Origin: Chiloscyllium plagiosum
Lineage: Eukaryota
Length of the DNA stretch: 20,000 bases
Assembly: GCF_004010195.1 (NCBI RefSeq)
Contig: NC_057720.1
Location: 16,495,467-16,515,466, forward strand
Direction of reading: 5' to 3'
Part shown: positions 1-9,397 of the stretch, piece by piece
Numbering within the stretch: the first letter of the stretch is position 1
How the letters are laid out: each line of letters opens with the position of its first letter
Made by a program: the position numbers and the translations under genes
Notes under the pieces: model-generated
Seen by the model: only the letters and a program-made list of their open reading frames with translations
What the model was told of the DNA's origin: nothing
Databases searched by the model: none

Positions 1-39
1 TTCCATTAATTCACATGAAACAACATTGATGACGATAGC

Positions 40-170
40 TGTAAAGGTGGCAAGGATTATGGGGAACAGGCATAGTCCTGTTTGGTGAGGGCAAGATCAA
101 ATCAGACAAAATCTTAATATATGGAAGACCAGACTAGAGGAATGTATGGCTTTCTGCTGCTTCTGTCTTG
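40..170 (+). mobile_element. Highly decayed CR1-type LINE 3' end/3'UTR
   Basis: AAGGATTATGGGGAACAGGCA...AGATCA...GAATGTATGGCTTTCTGCTGCTTCT resembles the CR1 3' end seen at 5860-5970 (AAGGGAAATGGGCCAAAAGCAGG...AGATCAACCATGATC...GAATGGCCTACTTCTGTTCCT). Confidence 0.45.
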
Positions 171-338
171 CTGAAATACTAAATATGCTGTCAAAGAATT
201 TCATCATGGACGCAACAAGACAGTCCAAAAATTTAACAATCTGAATTATTGTTCCCTTTGAAATGTGGTAAGCGCTGTCCTGCAGAATGCAAAATTACTT
301 GATGGCTTGACTCCTATTTTCAGAAATCTTCAAGTTCT

Positions 339-763
339 AACATAGAACAATACAGCGCAGTACAGGCCCTTCGGCGCTCGATGTTGCGCCGATCCAAGCC
401 CACCTAACCTACACTAGCCCACTATCCTCCATATGCCTATCCAATGCCCGCTTAAATGCCCATAATGAGGGAGAGTCCACCACTGCTATTGGCAGGGCAT
501 TCCATGAACTCACGACTCGCTGAGTAAAGAACCTACCCCTAACATCTGTCCTATACCTACCACCCTTAATTTAAAGCTATGCCCCCTTGTAATAGCTGAC
601 TCCATACACACAATACTCCAGATGCGGCCGCACCAGTGTCTTATACAACTGCAACATGACCTCAGTACTCCGGGACTCAATTCCTCTACCAATAAAAGCC
701 AGTACGCCATATGCCTTCTTCACCGCACTATTTACCTGGGTGGCAACTTTCAAAGATCTGTGT
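339..763 (-). mobile_element. CR1/HER1-type LINE 3' fragment with internal deletion
   Basis: The minus strand encodes HRSLKVATQVNSAVKKAYGVLAFIGRGIESRSTEVMLQLYKTLVRPHLEYCV, then jumps at about 606/607 to MESAITRGHSFKLR...FFTQRVVSSWNALP (CR1 ORF2 C-terminus). It ends in GGGCCTGTACTGCGCTGTATTGTTCTATGTT. 607-763 differs from 19731-19887 at about 8 of 157 positions. Confidence 0.95.
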
Positions 764-1874
764 AACAAGTGACTCTTCCTTCTATTTCTTGCATTCTTAT
801 CCATGGGAATTACTTTGAGCTACAGTTATTATACTACAGGCTATTTACATTTCATCGTAACTTGGTAAATACCAAACGATATTTTTAAATTAACTTTTAC
901 TTATTCTGTTTATCTTGGACAACACATCTAAATGGTCAGCTGGTAGACTGCACTCTTGACCTACCACTTGTGGTTGCAGTTATCAAGCAACTTTGTTTTT
1001 TCTATCCTAACTAAACAAGTTTCATCGTAGAAATGATGCCAAGTATGGAAGTCTAATGTGAGTTGGGAATTTTATTGTAAAGAAATACCTGCTTTAGAGA
1101 AGTTACCTTTTGCTGTCAATATCACGTAGCAAAACAAGGGAAGCTATTAGTGCAAAAAAATGCATATGCAAAAAAACCCTCCATATTAAATGAAAATATT
1201 AACATTGGAAATGTATTATATGCTACCATTGAACAAAACTGGTTGTCAACCCGACTTTAGCATTGTGCAAATACTTCATGCCTCCTCAAACCTATGAAAA
1301 TCTAAAAATTAACAAATAAACAGTCAGCATCAATCCCAAGGTTCTTATATATTTTCCATAACTCCTGATCACTCCAAGACTTCGTGATGTTGTTGAAACA
1401 TCAGTCAAGTTTGCATTTCAGTGTTGTGGAACATTGCTCATTACAGGTAAAGCTCTGATATCTCAGTTAGTGAGGAAAACCAACTAACTAAGAACCAAGC
1501 TGTTTAATTACAGGTTGAATTACATTACCAGCCTTGCACAAAAGAGCTAAGGTACTCTGAATGCTTTAATGTTACAAGCATATTTTGCTAAGTGGCAGAC
1601 TTCAAAATTTATGTTTTGTTTGCCAGAAACAAAACTGCTTGGATTGAGTGCAACCACAAATGGCACCTTCTAGTAGGGTCAGAAGAGAAACCAAACAGTC
1701 CGCCATTTGGATGTGGCATCATGCAAGATGAAACAGAAAGGGAAAAGCCTGAAATAATCTTTTACTGTAGGAATAATTTGGCATTTACCAAATCATAACA
1801 AAATACAAATTTAACAAATGGTTTGTGGTATAATAATTATAGCTCATGGTCATTTGCCAGTACAGAATTCGAAT

Positions 1875-2225
1875 ACTGCTGAAAACATTTTGTTAAAGCT
1901 TTTTGCATTACACTCATCTGAATATTTCATAGAAATTCCAATTTTAGTGAAAACCAATACTTATACTCTATGAGAGGACAGTGCTGATTGGTTGCAAGTA
2001 GACTCGCTGGTAAAGGTGCCACCATGGATTTATGATGATCAACAGCTAACTGCCAGTCTTTAAGTTTTAAAACAAGAAAGTTGATTCTGACTGATCAAGG
2101 TATTACCCTGTGAAATGAACCAGCAAAATGGTCATCACTTATTTTGTTAAATTGAAACATGTGCAGAACATGCCCATTTTCTTCTGTTTGTGAAAAACAC
2201 AGTTTGGGAGTAAATGTAAAATTAC
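1875..2225 (-). mobile_element. Penelope-like element 3' end/pLTR, decayed, with degenerate hammerhead at about 1893-1922
   Basis: The minus strand near 1893-1922 reads CAGATGA-GTGTAATGC-AAAAAGCTTT, a decayed CUGAUGA...GAAA with a palindromic AAGCTT stem III. It lies next to the GIY-YIG fragment at 2262-2560 and matches my recollection of a common shark PLE 3' region. Confidence 0.6.
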
Positions 2226-2261
2226 TGTATATTATTACTACTAATGTGCATTACTATATAA

Positions 2262-2560
2262 CAAAATATATGAATTTCAATGCTAATGACAACAGATATT
2301 TAGGTCATATGTCCCAAGGAATGGTGAATTTTATCAAACAGTGTATCCCTTCAGCACTTCAGAACAAGGTACTGATCATATCCTTGCTTTCAAAACCTGC
2401 AGCAGTGTCCAACATTAGGTTAAATTCTTCAATTGGACAATGTTTGCAGGATAATCCTATGTGTACAAAAAAATTACACTGACAACCGATTTAAGATTGG
2501 CAGTGGAGCTTGCTAAGTGACATACTTGTGGACATTAGATGTTACACACATTAACACCCA
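2262..2560 (+). mobile_element. Penelope-like element GIY-YIG endonuclease remnant (frameshifted)
   Basis: Reads IYEFQC*/DNRYLGHMSQGMVNFIKQCIPS...SSIGQCLQDNPMCTK/NYTDNRFKI, a decayed version of the PLE pattern VYEFQC..C..YVGRTSQRL..RIKQH...SAIGQHL..NP.C. Confidence 0.75.
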
Positions 2561-2599
2561 CTGAGCTCCACTTCCAACTTTTTTCAAAAAACAAAAAAA

Positions 2600-2920
2600 A
2601 GCATTTATTTCATACCCCTAATTGAAAGTGAGTGGTTCCTTGGGCCATTTCACAGGGTAATTAAGAGTTAACTACATTGCTTTGGATCTCAAATCATACG
2701 CAGGCCAAATCTGCTAAGGACAGCAGATTGCCTTTCTTAAGAGACATGAGCAAACGAGATGTTGTCTTCAACCACAATTGACAATGGTTAGACAGTCACC
2801 ATTAGTCCAGTTTATTAGTTACTGAAATCTGGAATTAAAAGTGGCATTTGAATTAATGTCTCCAGAACATTAATCTAGGGTTCTTGATTACTAATTCGGT
2901 GATATTAACATTAAGCAACA
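2600..2920 (-). mobile_element. Old tRNA-derived SINE (non-HE1 shark family), decayed
   Basis: There is a tRNA-like head on the minus strand at about 2845-2920 (B-box-like TTCAAATGCC) and a tail reading CAATTAGGGGTATGAAATAAATGC. The body GGCCATTTCACAGGGTAATTAAGAGTTAACTACATTGC resembles a repeat I recall from shark genomes. Confidence 0.65.
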
Positions 2921-3078
2921 GCGAGAATTCCTTTGAGTTCCCAAACAACAATCAAATATTATAAACCATTGTCACAATATTGAAATTCAAATCATTCACA
3001 GTAACATTTCTACAATTTTGCATGACTTGATTTATACCATCCTAAAGTACAGGGACTGTTAGAGGCCTGAGATATTAC

Positions 3079-3236
3079 AAGGTAAAAACAATGACTGCAG
3101 ATGCTGGAAACCAAATTCTCGATTAGTGGTGCTGGAAGAGCACAGCAGTTCAGGCAGCATCCAAGGAGCAGCGAAATCTATTCGCTGCTCCTTGGATGCT
3201 GCCTGAACTGCTGTGCTCTTCCAGCACCACTAATCC
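3079..3236. mobile_element. Miniature fold-back PLE pLTR insertion with perfect 55-bp hairpin and TSD
   Basis: 3121-3175 is the exact reverse complement of 3181-3235, with loop ATCTA. It is flanked by AGGCCTGAGATATTAC (3063-3078) and AGGCCT-AGATATTAC (3237-3251). The arm sequence matches the PLE 3' end at 16489-16541. Confidence 0.9.
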
Positions 3237-3401
3237 AGGCCTAGATATTACTCCCACCCTCAAAATATTTGCCTTGCTATATCCCATCTCAATCCAAAAT
3301 ATATTCCACACCTTGATTTTCCAAGGTAAGTTTATTTTTCACTACTGTACAGATTTCATCCTTTATTAATGGAGCTACTTGGCTTTCTCTTCTTTTACCA
3401 A

Positions 3402-3750
3402 GGGTGGCACAGTGGCGAGCACTGCAGCCTCTCAGCACCAGAGACGAGGGTTCAAGTCCACCCTTGGGTGACTGTCATTTTGGAGTTTACACACTTTTCC
3501 CGTGTTTGTGTGGGATTCCTCCAGGTGCTCTGGTTTACCCCCATAGTCCAAAGATGCGCCAGTTAAGTAGGTTGGCCATGTTAAATTGCCATAGTGTGTT
3601 GGGATGTGCAGGTTAGGTGGATTAGCCATGGGAGATGCAAGGTTACAGGAATGTGGGGGGGTGGGACTGATCTGGGTGGCATGTACTTTGGATAGTCGAT
3701 GTGGGCATGATGGGCCAAATGCCCTGCTTCCACACTGTAGAGATTCTATA
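3402..3750 (+). mobile_element. HE1-like V-SINE (older/diverged copy)
   Basis: It has a tRNA-like head (TGGCACAGTGG; GGTTCAAGTCC), a V-domain-like TGGAGTTT...CCTCCAGGTGCTCTGGTTTACCCCCA and a CR1-like tail GGGCCAAATGCCCTGCTTCCACACTGTAG. Confidence 0.9.
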
Positions 3751-4205
3751 GGTCTGAAAATGTCAAGAATCCCCAAATTAAAAATTCTCTTATGTCCTTT
3801 ATGATTTATATGCCAGTCAACTGACCATCTCAACCTATTCTTATCCTATTGAACTTATTTCTTCCCAACTCAACTCCAGTTTTTCCCTGCATTGAATAAT
3901 CATTTCATGCCGCTTCTGATGCAGCAGAAGCTGAGCTTTCCAGCTTTTGTTATTACTTCAGTTTTCAGCTGGGTCACCTTGCAATAATATTGCTCCAAAA
4001 GGTACCAAATCAAATTTATTTCTCCTTTTCCCATTAATTCACCCACCTTGTTCCAATTGCTGTGTATATGAAAGGCCTTGATTTGAATTTTGCTAGTTTC
4101 CTTTACTGAATCCTACTTTGCATGTACTTTGTCCTTTCTGTCACACATCACTTGGTACACATCACCTGCACAACTCCCCTGCACTATTGCCTTGTTCTTT
4201 ATCAT

Positions 4206-4426
4206 TTAGATTAGATTCCATACGGTGTGGAAACAGGCCATTCGGCCCAACCAGTCCACACCGACCCTCCGAAGAGTAACCCACCCAGACCCATTTCACT
4301 CTAACCAATGCACCTAACACTACGGGCAATTTAGCATGGCCAATGCACCTGACCTGCGCATCTTTGGACTGTGGGAGGAAACCCACGCAGACATGGGGAG
4401 AATGTGCAAACTCCACACAGACAGTC
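4206..4426 (-). mobile_element. HE1-like V-SINE, 5'-truncated (no tRNA head)
   Basis: It starts with the (TTAGA)n tail, aligns with 10061-10290 and stops at CTCCACACAGACAGTC. One GGAGGAAACC unit is missing internally. Confidence 0.92.
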
Positions 4427-4684
4427 CCAATCATTACCTTACTAAAATTCACATCATGTGAATCTTGCCCCATCTGCAGCCCTGCTTACTCAATTTGGTG
4501 CAATGGTGCAAGTGAAGCCTGGCCCAAACAGTTTCTTCTTTCCCCAGTACTGCTGCTGGCCCAGAAATCAAAACCTGTTTCGCACACACCAATCTCCGAG
4601 GCATGCACTCAACTTTCTCATCTTACTGACCCTATATTAATCTGCTGCTCATGGATCAGGTGGTAAACCCAGAGATTTTGGTGG

Positions 4685-5095
4685 ATCAGGTTGTCAGTCG
4701 GCTCACTGAAATGAAAGGTTTGTTTTCAGACGTTTTGTCACCATGCTAGGTAACATAAGCAGTGAGCCTCCGGTGAAGTCCTGGTGTTATGTCCCACTTT
4801 CTATTTCAGTCTTGGTCTTTTAAGGTGGGTGATATCATTCCCAGTTCTTTTTCTCAGAGGGTCCAAATCAATGTGTTTATTGATGGAGTTCCGGTTTGAA
4901 TGCTTAGCATGACATCACCCACCTTAAAAAAATCAAGACACACAAATAGAAAATGAGACATAACACGATGGCTTCACTAGAGGCTCATTGATGATGTTAC
5001 CTAGCATGGTGATGAAACGTCCGAAAACCTTTCAGCTCAGCGAGCAGCCTTACAACCTGAACCTCAACCTGAGCTACAAATCTTAAAAATCACAA
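4685..5095. mobile_element. Penelope-like element with inverted pLTR arms (minus arm 4685-4903, plus arm 4909-5095), hammerhead motif in each arm
   Basis: The arms are reverse complements (e.g. GTCACCATGCTAGGTAACAT vs ATGTTACCTAGCATGGTGAT). The minus arm encodes HSNRNSINKHIDLDP. A TSD-like ATTTTGGTGG (4675-4684) / ATCTTGGTGG (5096-5105) flanks it. Confidence 0.88.
4985..5024 (+). ncRNA. Degenerate type I hammerhead ribozyme motif in PLE pLTR
   Basis: TCA-TTGATGA-TGTTACC-TAGCAT-GGTGAT-GAAAC-GTC-CGA: core C3 is changed to U, stem II is retained and the GUC cleavage triplet is present. Confidence 0.7.
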
Positions 5096-5339
5096 ATCTT
5101 GGTGGCTCTCCTTTTATTAATTTAGCTCTAAATTGTTCATACCTCACCCACTCCCCCCAAAACACAATATTGCAGTCAGTTTGCTCATTTGATTTGAAGT
5201 TCCTGCTCTCATCCATTCGATTTGTAAGAACCTGTACCTGTTGAACAAGTGTAAGGACTAAGGCTCCCCCATTGTTAACTTCTAGATTCCAAAACAAATC
5301 ACACACTCCTGTGATTCCTCTTGGAATAAAAGGTTTAAA

Positions 5340-5970
5340 AAAATCAAGATATCTAATAAAATGCTGGCATTTATACCTGGAGGACTTAAGTAAAAGAATG
5401 CAGAACTTTTGCTACAGCTATACAAAACATTGGTTAGATGCCACTTGGAATACTGAGAGCAGATCTGGGCATCACACTTTAGGAAGGCTATCGTAGCCTC
5501 GGGGGGATACAATGTACATTTACAAAAAGATAACTGGTCTTGGGTTAAGTTGTGACAGATTAAATAAATTAGGCTTGTTTTCTCTAGAATTTAGAAGGTT
5601 AAAGAGTGATCTAATCAAAGTCTTCAAGATTTCAATGGGAAAAGGCAGGGTAGATAAGTTTTGCCACTGGAGATTCTAGAACTAGGAAGCATCATCTGAG
5701 AATTAGGGCTCAACTGTTCAGAAGAGTTGCTGGGAAGCACTTCTATACACAAAGAGTGAGAAAGGTTTGGAATTTTTTTCCACAAATGTCAGATGATTCC
5801 AGATCAGTTGCTAGCTTTAAATTTAGGATCGATAATACCTTTGCTGAACAAAAATTTAAGGGAAATGGGCCAAAAGCAGGTATATGGAGTTAGGCAATAG
5901 ATCAACCATGATCTATCTCACTGAATGACAGAATAGATTCAGAGGGGTGAATGGCCTACTTCTGTTCCTT
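5340..5970 (+). mobile_element. Old CR1-type LINE 3' fragment
   Basis: Reads KMLAFIPGGLK*KNAELLLQLYKTLVRCHLEY*EQIWASHFRK...LGLFSLEFRRLKSDLIKVFKI...FYTQRVRKVWN, followed by a CR1 3'UTR ending GAATGGCCTACTTCTGTTCCT. Confidence 0.9.
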
Positions 5971-6227
5971 TTGTCCTTTGTTCTTCCTGATACTTGTCAG
6001 TTTCAGAAGCTTGAATTCTAGCTCGTCAATTAAGTTGAAATGTCTTCAAGGTACAATCACTTGCTGCAGACGCAATTGCTTTGAATCAACTGATATCCAT
6101 CAATCAATCCAACACATCACCTGAACCAGTCATCTCCATCACACTCTGCTCATGTAGAGTTAAATTGGATTTTTAATTTTTGAAATGTCACTATCAGTTT
6201 CTGGGCAAATGTAAAAATTTTCAATTT

Positions 6228-6520
6228 CCAATCCAATCTAGTCCCACCTGCCAGCACCCGGCTCACATCCTCCAAACCCTTCCTATTCATATACCCGTCC
6301 AAATGCCTCTTAAATATTACAATTGTACCAGCCTCCACCACATCCTCTGGCAGCTCATTCCATACACGTACCACCCTCTGCGTGAAAATGTTGCCCCTTA
6401 GGTCTCTTTTATATCTTTCCCCTCTCTCCCTAAACCTATGCCCTCTAGTTCTGGATTCCCCACCCCAGAGAAAAGACTTTGTCTATTTATCCTATCCTTG
6501 CCCCTCAATTTTGTAAATCT
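6228..6520 (-). mobile_element. CR1/HER1 LINE ORF2 C-terminal fragment
   Basis: Reads RTRGHRFRERGERYKRDLRGNIFTQRVVRVWNELPEDVVEAGTIVIFKRHLDGYMNRKGLE; same subfamily as 13780-14070. Confidence 0.93.
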
Positions 6521-6667
6521 TCAGCATCTGCAGTTCTCACTTTTGCCTAGAAAGTGAGGACTGCAGATGCTGGAAATCAGAGTAGAGTGGGTGGTGCTGG
6601 AAAAGCACAGCAGGTCGGGCAGCATCCGAGGTGCAGGGGAAATGATGTTTCGGGCATAAGCCCTTCA
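6521..6667 (-). mobile_element. PLE pLTR 3' end (truncated hammerhead) with inverted copy of its terminal tail
   Basis: The minus strand reads TGAAGGGCTTATGCCCGAAACATC...CCTCGGATGCTGCCCGACCTGCTGTGCTTTTCCAGCACCAC, homologous to 16458-16534. 6522-6543 pairs with 6551-6572 (21/22). Confidence 0.85.
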
Positions 6668-6689
6668 ACTGACATGCAAACAGCAGGAG

Positions 6690-6870
6690 TCAGTGGCTAG
6701 TGATCAGAAGCAGACCACCTTGCCCTAACCCGAAGACACACAGGCCAGTTTCAGTACCTGTACTGCCAATTCCAATGTCATCAGTTAACTAATTAAAAAA
6801 TACAGAGAATCAACCCTTGGAACTTACTGCTCAAATACTCGTTGAGTAATGTTCAAGCAATGGGAGCCAT
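6690..6870 (-). mobile_element. Possible very old tRNA-derived SINE
   Basis: The minus strand starts ATGGCTCCCATTG (A-box-like) and has GGGTTGATTCTC (B-box-like) followed by TTAGTTAACTGAT. Resemblance to a recalled shark repeat is weak. Confidence 0.3.
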
Positions 6871-7369
6871 GTGGCAAAGATACTTAAAATGGTGTCTTAT
6901 TTATATAATGTGTATCAGCCTACTAGATTCAGTACTATGCTAATAGCAGAAGAGCAAAAATTACTGAATTGATCTGAGGTCAGAAGAGCTTCTTTCGAAT
7001 TCAAATTTCAACTTCAAACTTTAATATCAATGCAAATCAGCAGTAAAAAATAATGGATTATAGAAAGAAAAGAATAGATATTGAATGAAAGAAAGAAAGC
7101 TCAATGAATTAAAATTCCTTTCATAAGCAAGCGCTGAGTTGTTTCATAAAACAAGTAAATCTGCTCTGGTTGGAGTGTATCACAGATAGACGGGAGAGAA
7201 AAAAAGGAAGGAACAGGCAAGTAGAGAAAGAAAACAGCAGAGAAGTGTTGGGAAGAAACGGATGCTCAGAATGCCAGGAAGTGAAGAGATGTATAATGAA
7301 ATCAGCCTCACGTCAAGTTTTGAGCATCCTGATTTGAAGCAGATCAATCTTCAGAAATGAAGAAAATAT

Positions 7370-7388
7370 CAGCACCATCTAGTGGTCA
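7370..7388 (-). promoter_or_regulatory. CTCF-like binding motif
   Basis: The minus strand reads TGACCACTAGATGGTGCTG, a close match to the CTCF core CCASYAGRKGGCRS, in apparently non-repetitive sequence. Confidence 0.6.
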
Positions 7389-7424
7389 TTTTTTCTTCTT
7401 GCTTTTGATACTCAGTTACAATTT

Positions 7425-7443
7425 ACATCACTAGATGTCACTA
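7425..7443 (+). promoter_or_regulatory. Second, weaker CTCF-like motif (divergent orientation)
   Basis: ACATCACTAGATGTCACTA contains CACTAGATG-T-CAC, with a mismatch at the first core C. Confidence 0.4.
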
Positions 7444-8071
7444 TTATTAGCAGTAAATTCACAAAAACATGTTAATTTTCTCCTGCAAGTATCACATAGT
7501 TATATCACAGCAAACAAATTGTAAATATTGTGGCCACAACTTCTGTTGTTTCAATGACAATTATTTAAAAACACATTTCATAAACTTGCCAGATTTATTC
7601 AGTTTTGTGCCAACTGTGAACTGTAATGGTGTTTTGGTCTTCATCTGTTGGGAATTGGGTATGGGCTGCCCAAACACATTTCACTTAGAACCCTCAGAGA
7701 GACTTCAGTCCCATCTGTTTCAGATCAGTATTCCAACTCACACCACTACAAAATCCTTATAACTTGCCAATTTTAAAAATGAACAAATTACATTGAAGAC
7801 CCCATAACTGTAAACATGGGTATTAACTATACACATCATTTATTTTTGCCTGTAGATGCAATGGAACAAAAATTCATTTGCTTGTTTACAAAGTGAGCAT
7901 TTTACTGTGATTTATGTTAAATCAGGCAACACCAAACTTGTCAATTGTGATGAAGTGCTGCCATCCACAGGCTGATACTTTCACTTAAGTTTATTTCTCA
8001 TTTTATGGCTTCAAATAAAGCATGTATTGATTCAAAATAAACAAAACTAACAGTAGGTAAGAAATAAATTC

Positions 8072-8686
8072 TGTAAGTTTGTTCACTGACCTGTAGGGTT
8101 TGCTTTCATACATTTTGTCACCATGTTAGTAACATCAGTGAGCCTCCAGGGAAGCGCTGGTGTTATGTCCCACTTTCTATTTATGGGTCTTGGTCTCTTA
8201 AGGTGGGTGATATCATTTCCTGTTCTTTTTCTCGGAAGTTGGTAAATGGGGTCCAAATCAACATGTTTATTGATGGAGCTTCGGTTTGAATGCCAGGCCT
8301 CCAGGAATTCCAGTGCATGTCTCGGTTTAGCCTGTCCTAGGATGGATGTGTTGTCCCAGTCAATGTGGTGTCCTTCTTCATCTTTGTGTAAGGATACTAG
8401 TTACAGTGGGTCATGTCCTTTGGTGGCTAGTTGGTGTTTGTGTATTGTGGTTGCTAGTTTTCTACCCCATTTTACCAACCTCTGCAAAGAACCAGAAATT
8501 ATATCACCCACCTTAAGAGACCAAGACACACAATTAGAACATGGGACATATCTCTAGCGGTTCACCAGAGGCTCACTGATGATGCCAGCTAGCATGGCAA
8601 CAAAACTTCTGAAAACAAACTTTCCAGCTCAGCAAGCAAACTTACAACCGGAACCTCAACTGGAGTTACAAATCTTCTCAAAAATC
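8072..8686. mobile_element. Penelope-like element: GIY-YIG C-terminus plus pLTR on minus arm (8072-8466), inverted pLTR on plus arm (about 8464-8686)
   Basis: The minus strand encodes GRKLATTIHKHQLATKGHDPL*LVSLHKDEEGHHIDWDNTSILGQAKPRHALEFLEAWHSNRSSINKHVDLDPIYQL. The arms are inverted copies. Same family as 4685-5095. Confidence 0.92.
8573..8612 (+). ncRNA. Degenerate type I hammerhead motif in PLE pLTR
   Basis: TCA-CTGATGA-TGCCAGCTAGCATGGCAAC-AAAAC-TTC-TGA: CUGAUGA and stem I (TCA/TGA) are intact, but GAAA is mutated to AAAA. Confidence 0.65.
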
Positions 8687-8949
8687 AGATTATTAAAATT
8701 TTAGGTGTGTAAATTCAATAACTGCAGAACTTGTCAACTTTAAGTCTTTAAACTATTTATTTTCATCAATCCCCACTTCTCAGGCCATGGAGAATTATAA
8801 ATTCTATTGTTATTATGCAATTCAGGGATTTTTGTTTGTTTGGAGCTCACATTGTACTTGTAATTAGACCAATTCACTTACTCAGTCCATTCTCATTACT
8901 TGGAATTACATGTTATAACCATTTAATATGTTCCAGGTTTCTGACATTA

Positions 8950-9350
8950 TTTCTTCAATCCAGTAAATGATTTTAGTAAACAGTTTGCACTAAGATCCAG
9001 GTCATGACCATTTGCTATGTAAAAATATTTCCCTACATCTTTTATTAATATCTTTAAATCAGCCCTTTTCTCTTTAAAAAACCTCTTTAATTAGCAGTTT
9101 TGCTTGTCAACTGATCCAACCTATCTAACCTTGTACACTATCAAATTCCCCCTCAATTTAGTTTGTTCCAACAAAACCAACTCCAGGTCATCCATTCAAG
9201 CCTTATAACTAAAATTCTTCATCCCCAAAATAATTTTGGTAAATTACTTCTGCAGCCTTCCAGGAACTCTGAGATCCTTCCCCAAGTGTGACGACCATAC
9301 TGACTGCAAGATCCAAGTTGTGGACTAACCAAAGTTTTATACAGATCCAG
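8950..9350 (-). mobile_element. Old, heavily decayed CR1-type LINE fragment
   Basis: The minus strand from 9350 reads LDLYKTLVSPQLGSCSQYG...RLQK*FTKIILGM..., the CR1 ORF2 C-terminal pattern. Confidence 0.75.
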
Positions 9351-9397
9351 TGTCACGCCTGGACTCAAGGGGCACAAGGTTTTCTTCTGAGGCTAAG

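Noticed and set aside
1409..1452. Possible + strand micro-exon (TTTGCATTTCAG|25 nt|GTAAAG)
   Set aside because: The length is not a multiple of 3, the donor is weak, and there is no recognisable peptide or partner exon.
3121..3235. Hairpin as a miRNA gene or terminator
   Set aside because: It is fully explained by a fold-back PLE pLTR sequence with a TSD, and there is no expression evidence.
3318..3332. Strong splice-donor-like CAAG|GTAAGT
   Set aside because: There is no convincing upstream acceptor or coding frame, and such motifs occur by chance in 20 kb.
3432..3833. 133-aa ORF and similar ORFs at 4162-4473, 10076-10406 and 12246-12452 (GRKPEHPEETH-type peptides)
   Set aside because: These are translations of HE1-like SINE sequence, not genes.
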